DNA of 64,000 nucleotides from a bacterium (GCA_038127595.1 JAYPIC010000001.1:59388-123387); one strand, 5' to 3'. Shown: positions 1 to 11,032, counted from the stretch's first letter. Numbers and translations: made by a program. Notes: generated from the sequence alone by a model not told the origin.

Positions 1-183
1 AAACCAAAGATTAATACATATATAAAATCAATTCGGAATAATATTTCAAGAATATTAGAGCTAAATAAAAAGTATGTCTCCATTAAAGCTACAACAACGG
101 ATTACTTGGGATATATTGGTGATTCAAAAGGATGGAGTGTAATCTCCATTGCAACTATCATTGATGAGAATGAACACAGTTAA
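1..183 (+). CDS. ispF: 2-C-methyl-D-erythritol 2,4-cyclodiphosphate synthase, 3' end (partial, runs off window start)
   Basis: Frame 1 reads KPKINTY...VSIKATTTDYLGYIGDSKG...HS-stop (TAA 181-183). KATTT-x-xLG is the IspF C-terminal motif, and the gene lies directly upstream of ispE. Not in the ORF track. Confidence 0.85.
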   Translation, partial: KPKINTYIKSIRNNISRILELNKKYVSIKATTTDYLGYIGDSKGWSVISIATIIDENEHS

Positions 184-1015
184 AATTAATTCATATGCTA
201 AAGTTAATGTAGGGCTTAAAATTTTAAATAAAAGAACAGATGGATATCATAATATTAGCACAATATTTCAAGAAATCGATTTACATGATGAGTTAACAAT
301 TTCTAAAAATATCAGCGGATGTCAATTTAGTTCAAATGTTAATTGGTTACATAATGATCAAAATAATTTGTGTATTATAGCATACAATCATATGAAAGAT
401 CTTTACGGTATAAAAGGAATTGATATCGTTCTGACAAAAAACATTTCTAGAGGTAGCGGTCTGGGTGGTGGATCATCGAATGCAGCGGCTGTTTTGAAAA
501 GTATTAGTAAAATTTATGATTTAAATGTTTCTGATGAGGATTTGATAGAAATTGGGTCAAAAATTGGAGCTGACGTTCCTTTTTTCATAAAAGGAGGCAC
601 TCAAATTGGTGAAGGGATAGGTGAAAAACTCATAGGTTTAAAATCTAAAATAAAAGGCTGGTATTTAATTATTACTCCAGATCTTACTATTGATACAAAA
701 TGGGCATATTCACAATTTAAAAATATATTGGATAATGCTACACTCCCTACTAAATTTTCCGACTTATTTAGTGAAAAGATAGTTGATCTTGACACAATAA
801 AGTTTTTTGAGAACAATTTTGAATCTGTTGTTTTTCCAACATATCCAGAGATTGGTGCAATAAAAAAAGAACTCTTTGCATTAGGTGCAAAGTTTGCCAG
901 TCTGTCGGGTTCTGGCTCGACTGTGTTTGGGATTTTCGATGATAATGCTAAAGTTAAAAAAGCATTTTCTCATTTCTCTCCAATGCACAAGGCATATATT
1001 GCTCGCTCTATTTAA
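170..1015 (+). CDS. ispE: 4-diphosphocytidyl-2-C-methyl-D-erythritol kinase
   Basis: AKVNVGL..DGYH, GSGLGGGSSNAA GHMP motif, GADVPFF, LSGSGSTVF. Start moved to ATG 170. Confidence 0.95.
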   Translation: MNTVKINSYAKVNVGLKILNKRTDGYHNISTIFQEIDLHDELTISKNISGCQFSSNVNWLHNDQNNLCIIAYNHMKDLYGIKGIDIVLTKNISRGSGLGGGSSNAAAVLKSISKIYDLNVSDEDLIEIGSKIGADVPFFIKGGTQIGEGIGEKLIGLKSKIKGWYLIITPDLTIDTKWAYSQFKNILDNATLPTKFSDLFSEKIVDLDTIKFFENNFESVVFPTYPEIGAIKKELFALGAKFASLSGSGSTVFGIFDDNAKVKKAFSHFSPMHKAYIARSI

Positions 1016-1038
1016 TTTGTTGGTCAAATTATAAAAAT

Positions 1039-1109
1039 TGGGGCGTCGTCTAATGGTAGGACACCTGGTTTTGGTCCAGGCAGTTGGGGTTCGAGTCCCT
1101 ACGCCCCAG
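1039..1109 (+). tRNA. tRNA-Gln (anticodon TTG); CCA not encoded
   Basis: Acceptor stem TGGGGCG/CGCCCCA, anticodon arm CCTGG-TTTTGGT-CCAGG, T-loop GGTTCGAGTCC; followed by CAA rather than CCA. Usual ispE-tRNA-Gln-prs context. Confidence 0.97.
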
Positions 1110-1123
1110 CAAATGTTATTTAA

Positions 1124-2068
1124 ATGAAAAGAGAACGTAAAATATTTAGTGGTAGAAGTAATCCTGAGTTAGCAAAAAAAATTGCTATTTCAGCTGATTG
1201 TCAATTAGGAGATATTTCAATTAAGACATTTTCAGATGGTGAAATATGGGTAAAATATGAAGAAAATGTTAGAGGGCAGGATGTATTTATTATTCAATCT
1301 ACAAACGGTCCTTCTGAAAATATAATTGAATTAGCTCTGATGACAGATGCTGCTGTTAGAGCATCTGCTAGTACAGTTAACATAATTATGCCTTACTTTG
1401 GTTATGGGAGGCAAGACAGAAAAGATCAACCAAGGGTGCCGATTTCATCAAGGGTAATGATTGATATTTTCACTAGCATGGGGGCAGATAGAATAGTAAC
1501 AATGGATTTACATTCCACTCAAATTCAAGGTTTCGCGAAAATACCCTTTGATCATTTATATAGTAGAATGGTATTAATGAAGGCAATATCAGATTTAGGT
1601 CTTGATCCAAAAAGATCAGTTGTTTTAGCCCCTGATGTAGGTTCTGCTGCTATAAGCCAAGCTTATGCAAAAAGATTAAAAATGCATTTTGCATTGATTG
1701 ACAAGAGGAGGTTTGCTCCTAATCAAGCTAAAGTAAGTCACTTAATAGGTGATTTAGACAGTAAGGACGTTCTCATCATTGATGATATGATTGATACCGC
1801 GGGGACAACTGTAGGTGCAGCAAATGCAGCTATGGAAAAAGGAGCTAAATCTGTAACTGCTATAGCGACTCATGGAGTTTTGTCAGGGCCTGCAATTGAA
1901 AGATTAAAAAGCGCTCCAATAAAAAATTTAGTTGTTACCGACACAATACAAATACCAAAAGAAAAAATATTAAGTAATATGAAAATTATCACAGTCGCTG
2001 ATGTGTTTGGGGCAGCGATCAATCGTATTCATAATGGTGAATCCGTTAGCGCATTATTTGAATTTTAA
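1124..2068 (+). CDS. prs: Ribose-phosphate pyrophosphokinase
   Basis: FSDGE, PYFGYGRQDRK, DLHSTQIQGF, IIDDMIDTAGT PRPP motif. Confidence 0.97.
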   Translation: MKRERKIFSGRSNPELAKKIAISADCQLGDISIKTFSDGEIWVKYEENVRGQDVFIIQSTNGPSENIIELALMTDAAVRASASTVNIIMPYFGYGRQDRKDQPRVPISSRVMIDIFTSMGADRIVTMDLHSTQIQGFAKIPFDHLYSRMVLMKAISDLGLDPKRSVVLAPDVGSAAISQAYAKRLKMHFALIDKRRFAPNQAKVSHLIGDLDSKDVLIIDDMIDTAGTTVGAANAAMEKGAKSVTAIATHGVLSGPAIERLKSAPIKNLVVTDTIQIPKEKILSNMKIITVADVFGAAINRIHNGESVSALFEF

Positions 2069-2083
2069 AAAGGAGAAATAAGG

Positions 2084-2752
2084 ATGGCTACATCTTATTA
2101 TAAATTAGATATTGAAATCAGAGAATCTGTTGGTAAAAAATCAACAAAAGCAATCAGAAGAGATGGCAAGATCCCAAGTACATTATATTTTAAAGGAGAT
2201 GAACCTGAGAGTATTGCCATAGATAAAATAAAACTTTATCAGGCGTTAAAATCTGACCAGCGTGTTTATGAGGTTGAATTAGGCGGTGAATCTCAGTATG
2301 TAATGGTAAAAGCTGTACAATATCATCCTGTAACAGATGAAATTATTCATTTAGATTTTATGCGAGTACGTAGGTCCGAAAAGATGACGATTTCCGTTCC
2401 TCTAGTTCTAGTTGGTAAGCCAATAGGTGTAGTTGAAGGTGGAATTTTATCTCAAGCACTTAATCAAATTGAAATAAGTTGTTTCCCAACAAACGTACCA
2501 GATCAAATTGAGGTTAACGTTGATAAAATGGAGCTTAATTCATCCATTAGTGTAGCAGATGTATCCACTGATGATGAAGAGGTGGAAATACTTAGTTCAT
2601 CAGAAATAAATGTTGCAACAATTACAGCTCCTAGTTCTGAAAAAGAAGAAACAGTTTCTGACGATGATATTGTTACTGATGAGGATAAAGATGAATCATC
2701 TGATGATCAAAAATCTGATGATAGTGATAATCAAGAGGAATCAAAAGAATAG
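2084..2752 (+). CDS. rplY: 50S ribosomal protein L25/CTC with acidic tail
   Basis: GKKSTKAIRRDGKIP, VQYHPVTDEIIHLDF; prs-rplY-pth synteny; AGGAG upstream. Confidence 0.95.
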   Translation: MATSYYKLDIEIRESVGKKSTKAIRRDGKIPSTLYFKGDEPESIAIDKIKLYQALKSDQRVYEVELGGESQYVMVKAVQYHPVTDEIIHLDFMRVRRSEKMTISVPLVLVGKPIGVVEGGILSQALNQIEISCFPTNVPDQIEVNVDKMELNSSISVADVSTDDEEVEILSSSEINVATITAPSSEKEETVSDDDIVTDEDKDESSDDQKSDDSDNQEESKE

Positions 2753-2760
2753 ATCTAGTT

Positions 2761-3315
2761 TTGATTGTATTTATAGGTTTAGGAAATGTTGGTGAGCAGT
2801 ATAAAGAAACAAAGCATAATGCAGGATTTTGGATAATGGACGAGATGGCAGCAAGACATAAAATTTCTTTTAGCCCAGGGAGCGGAGATTACGTTATTGC
2901 ATCAAAGACAGATAAGTTCCACCTTGTTAAGCCGAGTACAGGTATGAATAGAAGTGGCAATGCAGTTTCACAACTAATTAAATCAAAAAATATCCTACCT
3001 GAACAGATTTGTGTCATTTTAGATGATGTAGATTTACCTCTTGGTAAAATACGTATAAAACCAAAAGGCGGTGATGGTTCTCATCGAGGCTTACAGAATA
3101 TTATTTACCTATCAAACACAGACAACATTCCTAGGCTTAGATTTGGTATTGGCACTAGTGAAAAAATGCGTCCAGCAGAAAATTATGTATTGGAACCATT
3201 TAAAAAGGATGATGATAAAACTCTTGCTCGTGAAACTGTAAAAAATGCAGCAGATGCTTTAGATAGTGTGGTTTTTAATGGAATAGATAAAACAATGAAT
3301 ATTTATAACTCATAG
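2761..3315 (+). CDS. pth: Peptidyl-tRNA hydrolase
   Basis: IGLGN, TKHNAGF, KPSTGMNRSG, DDVDLPLG, RLRFGIG. TTG start. Confidence 0.95.
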   Translation: MIVFIGLGNVGEQYKETKHNAGFWIMDEMAARHKISFSPGSGDYVIASKTDKFHLVKPSTGMNRSGNAVSQLIKSKNILPEQICVILDDVDLPLGKIRIKPKGGDGSHRGLQNIIYLSNTDNIPRLRFGIGTSEKMRPAENYVLEPFKKDDDKTLARETVKNAADALDSVVFNGIDKTMNIYNS

Positions 3316-3335
3316 AAATGGAGATTTAAAAAATA

Positions 3336-5519
3336 ATGCAAAATGAAAATAACTTTGTTTTACTAGTGATTTTATCTGGTATTCTTGCAATGGCTTTTGC
3401 TTTTTGGAAGGCCTCATGGATAAACACACAAAACGAGGGTAATCAGCGTATGAAAACTATTGGTGCTAGCATTGCAGATGGAGCAATGGCCTTTCTTCGT
3501 GCTGAGTATCGAATACTAGGTGTTTTTGTTGTCGCTGTAGCTCTCGTCCTTGGTTATGCAAATTCTGGGAGAGCAGATTCAAGCGCATTTATAGCTCTTT
3601 CATTCATTATTGGCGCCGTAGCTTCTGGTTTTGCAGGATTCCTAGGTATGAAAGTAGCAACAAAGGCAAACAATCGTACAACTCATGCTGCAGAAACAAG
3701 CTTGGCTAAAGCTTTAAATGTAGCATTTAGCGGCGGAGTTGTGATGGGTTTAAGTGTTGTTGGTTTAGGGGTTCTAGGCTTGGGAATTCTTTTTTATGTT
3801 TATGGGGAAATGGGAATTTTTAACAATGACATTGAAATAATATTAAATGTTTTATCTGGATTTTCTTTAGGAGCTTCTTCTATTGCGCTTTTTGCAAGAG
3901 TTGGAGGAGGTATTTATACAAAAGCTGCTGATGTTGGAGCAGATTTAGTGGGTAAGGTAGAGTCTGGTATTCCTGAAGATCATCCTCTTAACCCTGCTAC
4001 TATAGCTGATAATGTTGGAGATAATGTTGGAGATGTGGCTGGCATGGGAGCAGATTTATTTGAATCTTATGTAGGATCAATAATTGGATCTATGGTCTTA
4101 GGTTCAACCCTTTATGCTTACGGTGCTGGGTTTGATTTCAATTTTGTCCTGCTTCCGCTTCTAATCGCAGCATCAGGTATAGTCGTATCAATAGGTGGTA
4201 CCTTTTTAGTTTCAGTCAAGGAGGGCGGGGATCCTCAGAAAGCATTAAATAAAGGAGAGTTTGGTAGCGGGCTAATAATGGTTGCGGTAATATATATTTT
4301 AATAACTTACTTTTTACCAGAAAAATTTGTTGCTCAGCAGGGTTTTGGGAAATCTTATGATAGTATAGGTGTATTTTATGCCACAGTCATAGGCCTCTTT
4401 GGCGGGCTTGGAATTGGGAAAATAACCGAATATTACACTGGAACTGGTACAAAACCAGTTGAGTCTATTTCTAAGCAATCCATGACTGGACCAGCTACTA
4501 ACATTATTGCAGGTCTGGGTGTTGGTATGGAATCTACTGCAGTTCCAATTATGATAATTTCAGGTAGCATTATGGGTGCATACTATTTTGCAGGTCTTTA
4601 TGGAATAGCTATGGCAGCTCTTGGAATGCTTGCAAATACTGGGATTCAACTGGCTGTCGATGCATATGGACCAATTTCAGATAATGCAGGCGGGATTGCA
4701 GAGATGGCTGAATTACCCAAAGAGGTTAGAGAGAGAACAGATAAGCTTGATGCTGTAGGTAATACTACCGCTGCAATTGGTAAGGGTTTTGCTATAGGTT
4801 CTGCAGCTTTAACTGCTTTAGCGCTATTCGCTGCCTTTAAAGTTAAAAGTGGTATTGATATTATAAATATTTCTGATCCCATGGTAATGGCAGGTTTGTT
4901 CATTGGTGGTATGTTACCTTTTCTTTTCTCTTCAATGGCGATGGGAGCTGTAGGTAGAGCCGCAATGTCAATGATTGAAGAAGTGAGAAGACAGTTCAAG
5001 GAAATTCCTGAATTGAAAAAAGCACTTGAGATAATGAATCTTAAAAACCGAGAAGATTGGAATGAAGATGATAAGAAAGCCTACAATGATGCTATGGGAA
5101 AGGCAGAGCATGGGAAATGCGTTGAAATTTCTACTGAGTCTGCCATTAGAGAAATGGTTTTACCAGGCCTTTTAGCAGTATCAATGCCTGTTATTGTAGG
5201 ATTTTTACCAAAAATGTTTGGTAGCAATCAAGGACCTGAAATATTAGGAGGATTACTTGCAGGAGTAACAGTAAGTGGCGTATTGATGGCTATCTTTCAA
5301 TCAAATTCAGGAGGTGCCTGGGACAATGCAAAGAAAATGATTGAGGAAGGCATTACAATAGATGGTCAAAAATTAGTTAAAGGCTCAGAGGCCCATAAAG
5401 CCTCTGTTGTCGGCGATACTGTAGGAGATCCATTTAAGGACACTTCTGGTCCATCATTAAATATTTTAATAAAACTTATGTCAGTGGTGTCTTTGGTAAT
5501 TGCACCGTTGATTAAATAG
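3336..5519 (+). CDS. hppA: Membrane-integral pyrophosphatase, K+-dependent, probably Na+-translocating
   Basis: [35 protein letters not shown] (Ala marks the K+-dependent type), DLFESY (Glu at the Na+-PPase gate position), [14 protein letters not shown]. Confidence 0.95.
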   Translation: MQNENNFVLLVILSGILAMAFAFWKASWINTQNEGNQRMKTIGASIADGAMAFLRAEYRILGVFVVAVALVLGYANSGRADSSAFIALSFIIGAVASGFAGFLGMKVATKANNRTTHAAETSLAKALNVAFSGGVVMGLSVVGLGVLGLGILFYVYGEMGIFNNDIEIILNVLSGFSLGASSIALFARVGGGIYTKAADVGADLVGKVESGIPEDHPLNPATIADNVGDNVGDVAGMGADLFESYVGSIIGSMVLGSTLYAYGAGFDFNFVLLPLLIAASGIVVSIGGTFLVSVKEGGDPQKALNKGEFGSGLIMVAVIYILITYFLPEKFVAQQGFGKSYDSIGVFYATVIGLFGGLGIGKITEYYTGTGTKPVESISKQSMTGPATNIIAGLGVGMESTAVPIMIISGSIMGAYYFAGLYGIAMAALGMLANTGIQLAVDAYGPISDNAGGIAEMAELPKEVRERTDKLDAVGNTTAAIGKGFAIGSAALTALALFAAFKVKSGIDIINISDPMVMAGLFIGGMLPFLFSSMAMGAVGRAAMSMIEEVRRQFKEIPELKKALEIMNLKNREDWNEDDKKAYNDAMGKAEHGKCVEISTESAIREMVLPGLLAVSMPVIVGFLPKMFGSNQGPEILGGLLAGVTVSGVLMAIFQSNSGGAWDNAKKMIEEGITIDGQKLVKGSEAHKASVVGDTVGDPFKDTSGPSLNILIKLMSVVSLVIAPLIK

Positions 5520-5535
5520 AATCTAGGGAGATTAT

Positions 5536-5958
5536 ATGCGTTATTATGAACTAATATACATTGTTAACTCAAATGTAGAACGAAAGAAAATTGACCAAAT
5601 CATGAAAGATATTAGTAGTAGGTTAGAAAATACTGATTCAAAAATAATAAATCATGTTGTTTGGGGTAAGAAAAAACTAGCATATCCCATAAAAGGGAAC
5701 ACCTACGGGAATTACATTCTGTTACATTATGAAGGTGGAGACAATAACAAGCTAAATGAATTTGATTCATGGTTAAAGCTCAGTGGTTTGGTGATTAGAC
5801 ATATGATTGTTAGGTTAGAAGAAAAGCCCGATGTCGTCAAAGGTTTTGATGATGAAAAACCTGAAAATAACTCTGAAAAAAAGTCAGAAGATCTAGTAGA
5901 AAAAGATAAAGAGCAATTAGAAAAAGAAATTGTTGAAGAAGATAAGGAGGTAGAATAA
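5536..5958 (+). CDS. rpsF: 30S ribosomal protein S6 with acidic C-terminal extension
   Basis: [27 protein letters not shown]. Confidence 0.95.
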   Translation: MRYYELIYIVNSNVERKKIDQIMKDISSRLENTDSKIINHVVWGKKKLAYPIKGNTYGNYILLHYEGGDNNKLNEFDSWLKLSGLVIRHMIVRLEEKPDVVKGFDDEKPENNSEKKSEDLVEKDKEQLEKEIVEEDKEVE

Positions 5959-6185
5959 TGGCTTTCCAAACAAGAAGAAAATATTGCTATTTTAAAGAAA
6001 ACAATATAGCAGCAGTAGATTATAAAGATGTAAAATTATTGAAGAGGTTTATCAATGATAATGGTAAAATTATGCCTAGAAGAGTTACTGGGACTAGTGC
6101 TAAAATGCATCGAAAAGTTGTTGGCGCTATAAAACGAGCTAGAACTATAGGCTTAATGCCTTTTGTTGATAGTGGTTCTGAATAA
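5958..6185 (+). CDS. rpsR: 30S ribosomal protein S18
   Basis: [28 protein letters not shown]. Confidence 0.96.
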   Translation: MAFQTRRKYCYFKENNIAAVDYKDVKLLKRFINDNGKIMPRRVTGTSAKMHRKVVGAIKRARTIGLMPFVDSGSE

Positions 6186-6203
6186 TAGTATGGAGATTAT
6201 ATC

Positions 6204-6647
6204 ATGAAAGTTATTTTACTAAACGATGTTGAAAATTTAGGTCTCGCTGGAGACATTGTTATCGTAAAACCTGGTTATGCTAGAAATAGATTAATACCTC
6301 AAGGTTTGGCGTTAAGAGCATCAAATAAAAATATTGCTGTTGCGAGTGAGAGAAAAAAGGTAGCGAATGTTAAGCTTGAACGTGAAAATATTGCTCTGCA
6401 AAAGTTAGCTAAAAAACTTAGCAATGTTGAAATAACTATTGAAGTTAATGTTGGAGAAGAAGAAAAAATGTTTGGTTCAATTACTAATTTAGATGTGCAC
6501 AAAGAGCTAACATCTAAAGGGTTTGAACTTGATAAAAACCAGATAATTATTGACGAACCAATCAAAGCTTTAGGTATTTATCATGCAAAAGTTAAAATTG
6601 CAAAAGATATTACATCTGATGTGAAGTTATATGTCATAAAGGGTTAG
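6204..6647 (+). CDS. rplI: 50S ribosomal protein L9
   Basis: MKVILL.DVENLG..GDIV.VKPGYARN, FGSIT, PIKALG. Confidence 0.96.
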   Translation: MKVILLNDVENLGLAGDIVIVKPGYARNRLIPQGLALRASNKNIAVASERKKVANVKLERENIALQKLAKKLSNVEITIEVNVGEEEKMFGSITNLDVHKELTSKGFELDKNQIIIDEPIKALGIYHAKVKIAKDITSDVKLYVIKG

Positions 6648-6664
6648 TTCCCTATTAATTTATA

Positions 6665-8902
6665 ATGTTCGCTGAGGTATCGCTTCCAATATCTTCATTC
6701 CAAAATTTTACATACTCAATTCCTGAGAATTTAAAAAAGTCCTTATTAGTTGGATCAAAAGTCAAAGTTCCATTTGGGGCAAGAAAAGTTAACGGTATCA
6801 TTGTCTCATTAATTGACGAAAGTTCATTTGCTGGTAACCTAAAATCAATCATTGATGTTGACGATAACACGCCCGTGTTATCTAACGAACTTTGGAAGCT
6901 AGTTAATTGGATAAGCCATTATTATGTTACCCCGATTGGATTAGCATATAATACTGTATTGCCTTTTTCACTTTTAAGCAATCATAACCCTAGGAAAGCT
7001 TGGTTTGTAAGGTATGTAGCTAGACATAAGAATAATAAAAAAAATACTTATGAAAAGCTATCTTCTAAGCAAAATTCGATTTTTGAAGCCACTAGACAAG
7101 CTCCATTAGAATACATAAAAGTTTCTAGATTTAAAGGAATAAGCTCAAACCCCATATCAATATGCAAAGCACTTGAAAAAAAGGGTTTAGTTGAGCTTGA
7201 AAAAAGAAATCAAGATAAAGCGATTGAAGAAACTTCATTTAAATCCTTAAAAAAAAATATATTATACAATAAAGAACAACTTATAGTCATTAAAAGTCTA
7301 AAGACTGCAATTAAATCAGGGGTATATAGTTCAAACCTTTTACATGGTGTTACGGGAAGTGGTAAGACTGAAATTTTTATTGAAATAATAAAAACTGTTA
7401 AAAAACTTGGTAAGTGTTCTATTGTTCTCATTCCCGAAATTTCGCTTACATCTCAAATTGCTGGACGTTTTAAACAGGTTTTCGGGGATGACATGGCTTT
7501 ATGGCACTCACAATTATCTAAATCTCAGCGCGCAAAAACTTGGAGGGATATAAATGATGGAGCATGTAAAATCGTAATAGGAGCAAGAAGTGCTATTTTT
7601 TCACCAGTTAAAAACTTAGGGCTGATCATTGTCGATGAAGAACATGATAGTTCATACAAGCAAGATTCACCATCCCCTCGTTATCATGCTAGAGATGTTG
7701 CTATTATGAGATCTAAAATAGAAAAATGCACTGTTGTTTTGTCTAGTGCTACCCCTAGCTTGGAAACATTCTATAATTATAAGCTTAAAAAATATAATTA
7801 TTTGACATTATCAAAAAGGTATGGAGATGCTTTATATCCAAAAGTTCGAGTAGTAGATTTAATTGATGAAAGCAAAGAATCTGGAAAGTTTAACATTATT
7901 ATTTCAGGCTTATTGCAAGAGAAAATTGAAAAAAGGTTAAGTGAAAATGAGCAAGTTTTGCTTATCCAGAACCGAAGAGGATTTTCTCCTACAGTAAAGT
8001 GCTCTGATTGTGGTACTGTAGTAATGTGTCTAGCTTGCAAAACGCCATTAACTTTTCATAAATATGATAATAATTTTAAATGTCATATATGTGGATTTAC
8101 CAGTTTTAAAAATTTAGATAATTGTAGTGAATGCCTTAGTCAAAATTTTTCATACATGGGGACTGGAACGCAAAAGGTTGAAGAATTAATACAAAAAACT
8201 TTTCCCAATGCAAGGGTTGCCAGAATAGATCATGATAGCTCCAAAAATAGCTCTTTGACTATTAAGATTCTACAAAAATTCCAGGATGGTGAAATTGATA
8301 TCCTTTTAGGGACTCAAATGATAGCAAAGGGGTTAGATTTTCCAGAAATAACTTTAGTTGGAATTATCAATGCTGACTTAGGATTGCATATCCCCGATTT
8401 TAGATCTAGTGAAAGGACATTTCAATTAATTTATCAAGCAGCTGGCAGGTCAGGAAGGGGAAAGAAAAGAGGAGAGGTTGTGATTCAGACTTATGATAAA
8501 GAAAACCTGGTAATTAAAGCAGCATCTAAATTGAATCTAAAAGACTATTATAATAATATGCTAACTGACAGAAATACATTGAATTATCCTCCTTATAGTT
8601 GGGTATCAAAAGTTGAATTTTTAGGCCCTAATTTAAAATCTGTATTTTCTTTGTCTAATAGGGTTAGAAACAATTTTTTTGGTATATATAAAGGTCTTGA
8701 AATCCTTGGCCCCGCTCCATGTTTTAAGGAGAAGGTAAATAATAAATACCGATTTCAAATTATCTTGAAATCCATAAAAAAATATGATTCAAATAGTGAA
8801 AAATTACACTCTTTCATAAGTAAAAACTTCATTGAGCATAAAAATCAAATAACAGGCTCAAATAAAATCAACATTCATATTGATCCTATCTCAATGATAT
8901 GA
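6665..8902 (+). CDS. priA: Primosomal protein N' (replication restart helicase)
   Basis: GVTGSGKT, DEEH, SATPS, four CxxC pairs, GTQMIAKGLDFP. Confidence 0.96.
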   Translation: MFAEVSLPISSFQNFTYSIPENLKKSLLVGSKVKVPFGARKVNGIIVSLIDESSFAGNLKSIIDVDDNTPVLSNELWKLVNWISHYYVTPIGLAYNTVLPFSLLSNHNPRKAWFVRYVARHKNNKKNTYEKLSSKQNSIFEATRQAPLEYIKVSRFKGISSNPISICKALEKKGLVELEKRNQDKAIEETSFKSLKKNILYNKEQLIVIKSLKTAIKSGVYSSNLLHGVTGSGKTEIFIEIIKTVKKLGKCSIVLIPEISLTSQIAGRFKQVFGDDMALWHSQLSKSQRAKTWRDINDGACKIVIGARSAIFSPVKNLGLIIVDEEHDSSYKQDSPSPRYHARDVAIMRSKIEKCTVVLSSATPSLETFYNYKLKKYNYLTLSKRYGDALYPKVRVVDLIDESKESGKFNIIISGLLQEKIEKRLSENEQVLLIQNRRGFSPTVKCSDCGTVVMCLACKTPLTFHKYDNNFKCHICGFTSFKNLDNCSECLSQNFSYMGTGTQKVEELIQKTFPNARVARIDHDSSKNSSLTIKILQKFQDGEIDILLGTQMIAKGLDFPEITLVGIINADLGLHIPDFRSSERTFQLIYQAAGRSGRGKKRGEVVIQTYDKENLVIKAASKLNLKDYYNNMLTDRNTLNYPPYSWVSKVEFLGPNLKSVFSLSNRVRNNFFGIYKGLEILGPAPCFKEKVNNKYRFQIILKSIKKYDSNSEKLHSFISKNFIEHKNQITGSNKINIHIDPISMI

Positions 8903-9792
8903 AATTCATTTTATTCTTAATACTTTCATTATCATCTCTGCATTCTAATGAATCGCGACCTGGGTTATCGGTTTGGTTTTCAGCTAATGACCTCTCATTT
9001 GCCGGAGGAGGAAAGTTGCTTTTCAATCCAAATAGTAGGGATGTTGATTTAAACGTTATTTCAAAAGGTAAAATTTTTTCGACATCATTTATTTTCTATC
9101 CCGCGGGAGTTCAAGCTCAGTCTGCTTCTATGTTATTAAGTAAGAGCAATAAATCTATAATCGCTTCAATCAATCATGTCTCATATGGTACATTTAAAGG
9201 TTATGACGAAAATGCGGTGGCAACCGGAAACTACACTTCAAGTGATACTTGGTTTAGGTTTGGTTATAATGAAAAATCTAAAACATTGCCTTTTAATTAC
9301 GGAGTCTCTAATCAATTTTATATATCGAAATTAGAAGACATTATTTCTACATCTATTTACTCATCTTTTGGATTAGTATGGACAATAAAAAAATACAACT
9401 TGGATATTGGCTGGACGGTTAATGATATACTTTTATTTTATAATAGATCGACTGATGATATTAATTCAACAAATTTTCTTATTGGAGTTTCCAAAGACTT
9501 AGTACATTTGCCCCTCAAACTATCAATTGACACCAAGCTTAGTACAAGTCTAGTCCCTAAGGATTATTTTTTAAGTGGGACTTTTTACATATCAAAGAAC
9601 ATTGCCTTAAACCTAGGTACATCAACAAGAAAATTCAGCCAAAATACTGAACAAAATTTATCTCAGACTATTTTTGGATCAAGCGGGGTTGGAGTATTAT
9701 TTAAAAATAAAGAATTAGTTATTGGTTACGGTTTGTACTTTTATGGAACAGGTGGATTTTCTTCTGGCTTAGATATGAGCATTAATTTTTAA
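8899..9792 (+). CDS. Exported beta-barrel-like protein, PorV/PorQ-like (tentative)
   Basis: Signal peptide, NP motif near the N-terminus, SYGTFKGYDEN...TGNY segment resembling PorQ/PorV-family proteins, alternating beta-strand pattern, C-terminal Phe. Confidence 0.45.
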   Translation: MKFILFLILSLSSLHSNESRPGLSVWFSANDLSFAGGGKLLFNPNSRDVDLNVISKGKIFSTSFIFYPAGVQAQSASMLLSKSNKSIIASINHVSYGTFKGYDENAVATGNYTSSDTWFRFGYNEKSKTLPFNYGVSNQFYISKLEDIISTSIYSSFGLVWTIKKYNLDIGWTVNDILLFYNRSTDDINSTNFLIGVSKDLVHLPLKLSIDTKLSTSLVPKDYFLSGTFYISKNIALNLGTSTRKFSQNTEQNLSQTIFGSSGVGVLFKNKELVIGYGLYFYGTGGFSSGLDMSINF

Positions 9793-10994
9793 TGAAAATT
9801 TTCTCATTATATATTTTTTTAATTAGTGTTGTATTTTCTCAAAATAAAAATCCTATAGTGCTTATTCACGGTTTTTTTGGTTGGGGGAATGAAGAGTTAG
9901 GAGATTATAAATATTGGGGTGGTAAAAAAGATATTCAAAGAATGTTGGAGAGTCATGGATACAAGGTAATTAATGTTTCTGTTGGTCCTATTTCGTCAAA
10001 TTGGGATAGGGCTATAGAAGTATATTACCAATTAAAAGGTGGGCAAGTTGATTACGGCTTAAGTCACTCAGAAAAATATGGTTTAACTCAAAAACCACAT
10101 GATAAAAAATATGAAGGTTTATACAGGGAGTGGGGTAGCGAAAACCCAGTACATTTAATTGGCCACAGTATGGGTGGGCAAACCGCAAGGATGCTTCAAT
10201 ACCTACTGGAAAATGAATTTTATGTTGATGACAGTTTGGGATTGAAAGAAGATTCTAAATTATTGGGTAGTTCAAATAGGGGTTGGATAAAAAGTATTAC
10301 ATCTATAGCAACGCCTCATGATGGAAGTACATTAGCAGATATTGTCACAAAAACTTTTCCCTTCATACAATACTTTATTGGTCTTGCAGGGGTAGTTGGA
10401 ACAAATTTTTATGATTTTGATCTTAGTCAATGGGATATAAAAAGAAACACTGGTGAAACCTGGTCAAAATATGTTCAAAGGATGAGAGGGCACGATGCTT
10501 GGAATACAAAAAATATAAGTTCTTGGGATTTGAGTTTAGACGGGGCTGCAGAGCTAAATACCTATCTAAATGCTAGTTCTAATGTTTTTTATTTTTCATA
10601 TACTTTTTCAGCTACTTCAAAAAATAGAGTGACTGGATATCATACTCCTGATAAAGATGTTTTTTTATTAATACGTTCAAGAGCGAAACTAATTGGATCT
10701 AGAGTAGTGTTTACCGATAATGGAAGTGCAACAGATTCAACTTGGTGGGAGAATGATGGTATAGTTAATTCTAGATCGATGAGGGGCCCTACCACAGGAA
10801 ATAATGGAGCAGATCTCATAGTAGAGTATCAACCTTCTAAACCACTTATGAAAGGGCGATGGTATACCTTTGAACCCATAAAACTAGATCATTACCAGAG
10901 CGTAGGTCATATGATATCAAGAGAAAAAAGAACTATATTAGATTCAATGTTTGTAAATCACGCAAAACTGCTTTGGTCTCTTCCTAAAGACTAA
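9792..10994 (+). CDS. Secreted triacylglycerol lipase (resembles family I.5/I.6)
   Basis: Signal peptide, PIVLIHGFFGWG..YWGG, SSNWDRA, GHSMGG nucleophile, TPHDGS, WENDGIV (catalytic Asp), LDH (catalytic His). Confidence 0.88.
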   Translation: MKIFSLYIFLISVVFSQNKNPIVLIHGFFGWGNEELGDYKYWGGKKDIQRMLESHGYKVINVSVGPISSNWDRAIEVYYQLKGGQVDYGLSHSEKYGLTQKPHDKKYEGLYREWGSENPVHLIGHSMGGQTARMLQYLLENEFYVDDSLGLKEDSKLLGSSNRGWIKSITSIATPHDGSTLADIVTKTFPFIQYFIGLAGVVGTNFYDFDLSQWDIKRNTGETWSKYVQRMRGHDAWNTKNISSWDLSLDGAAELNTYLNASSNVFYFSYTFSATSKNRVTGYHTPDKDVFLLIRSRAKLIGSRVVFTDNGSATDSTWWENDGIVNSRSMRGPTTGNNGADLIVEYQPSKPLMKGRWYTFEPIKLDHYQSVGHMISREKRTILDSMFVNHAKLLWSLPKD

Positions 10995-11013
10995 TATTTT
11001 ATAAATAGAAAAT

Positions 11014-11032
11014 TAGTTGTAATATACAACTA
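11014..11032. promoter_or_regulatory. Perfect inverted repeat, probable MarR operator
   Basis: TAGTTGTA-ATA-TACAACTA overlapping the first base of the MarR-family ATG. Confidence 0.65.

Noticed and set aside
1016..1123. Integration site or island at tRNA-Gln
   Set aside because: Flanked by conserved ispE and prs; no integrase or duplicated tRNA 3' end was seen.
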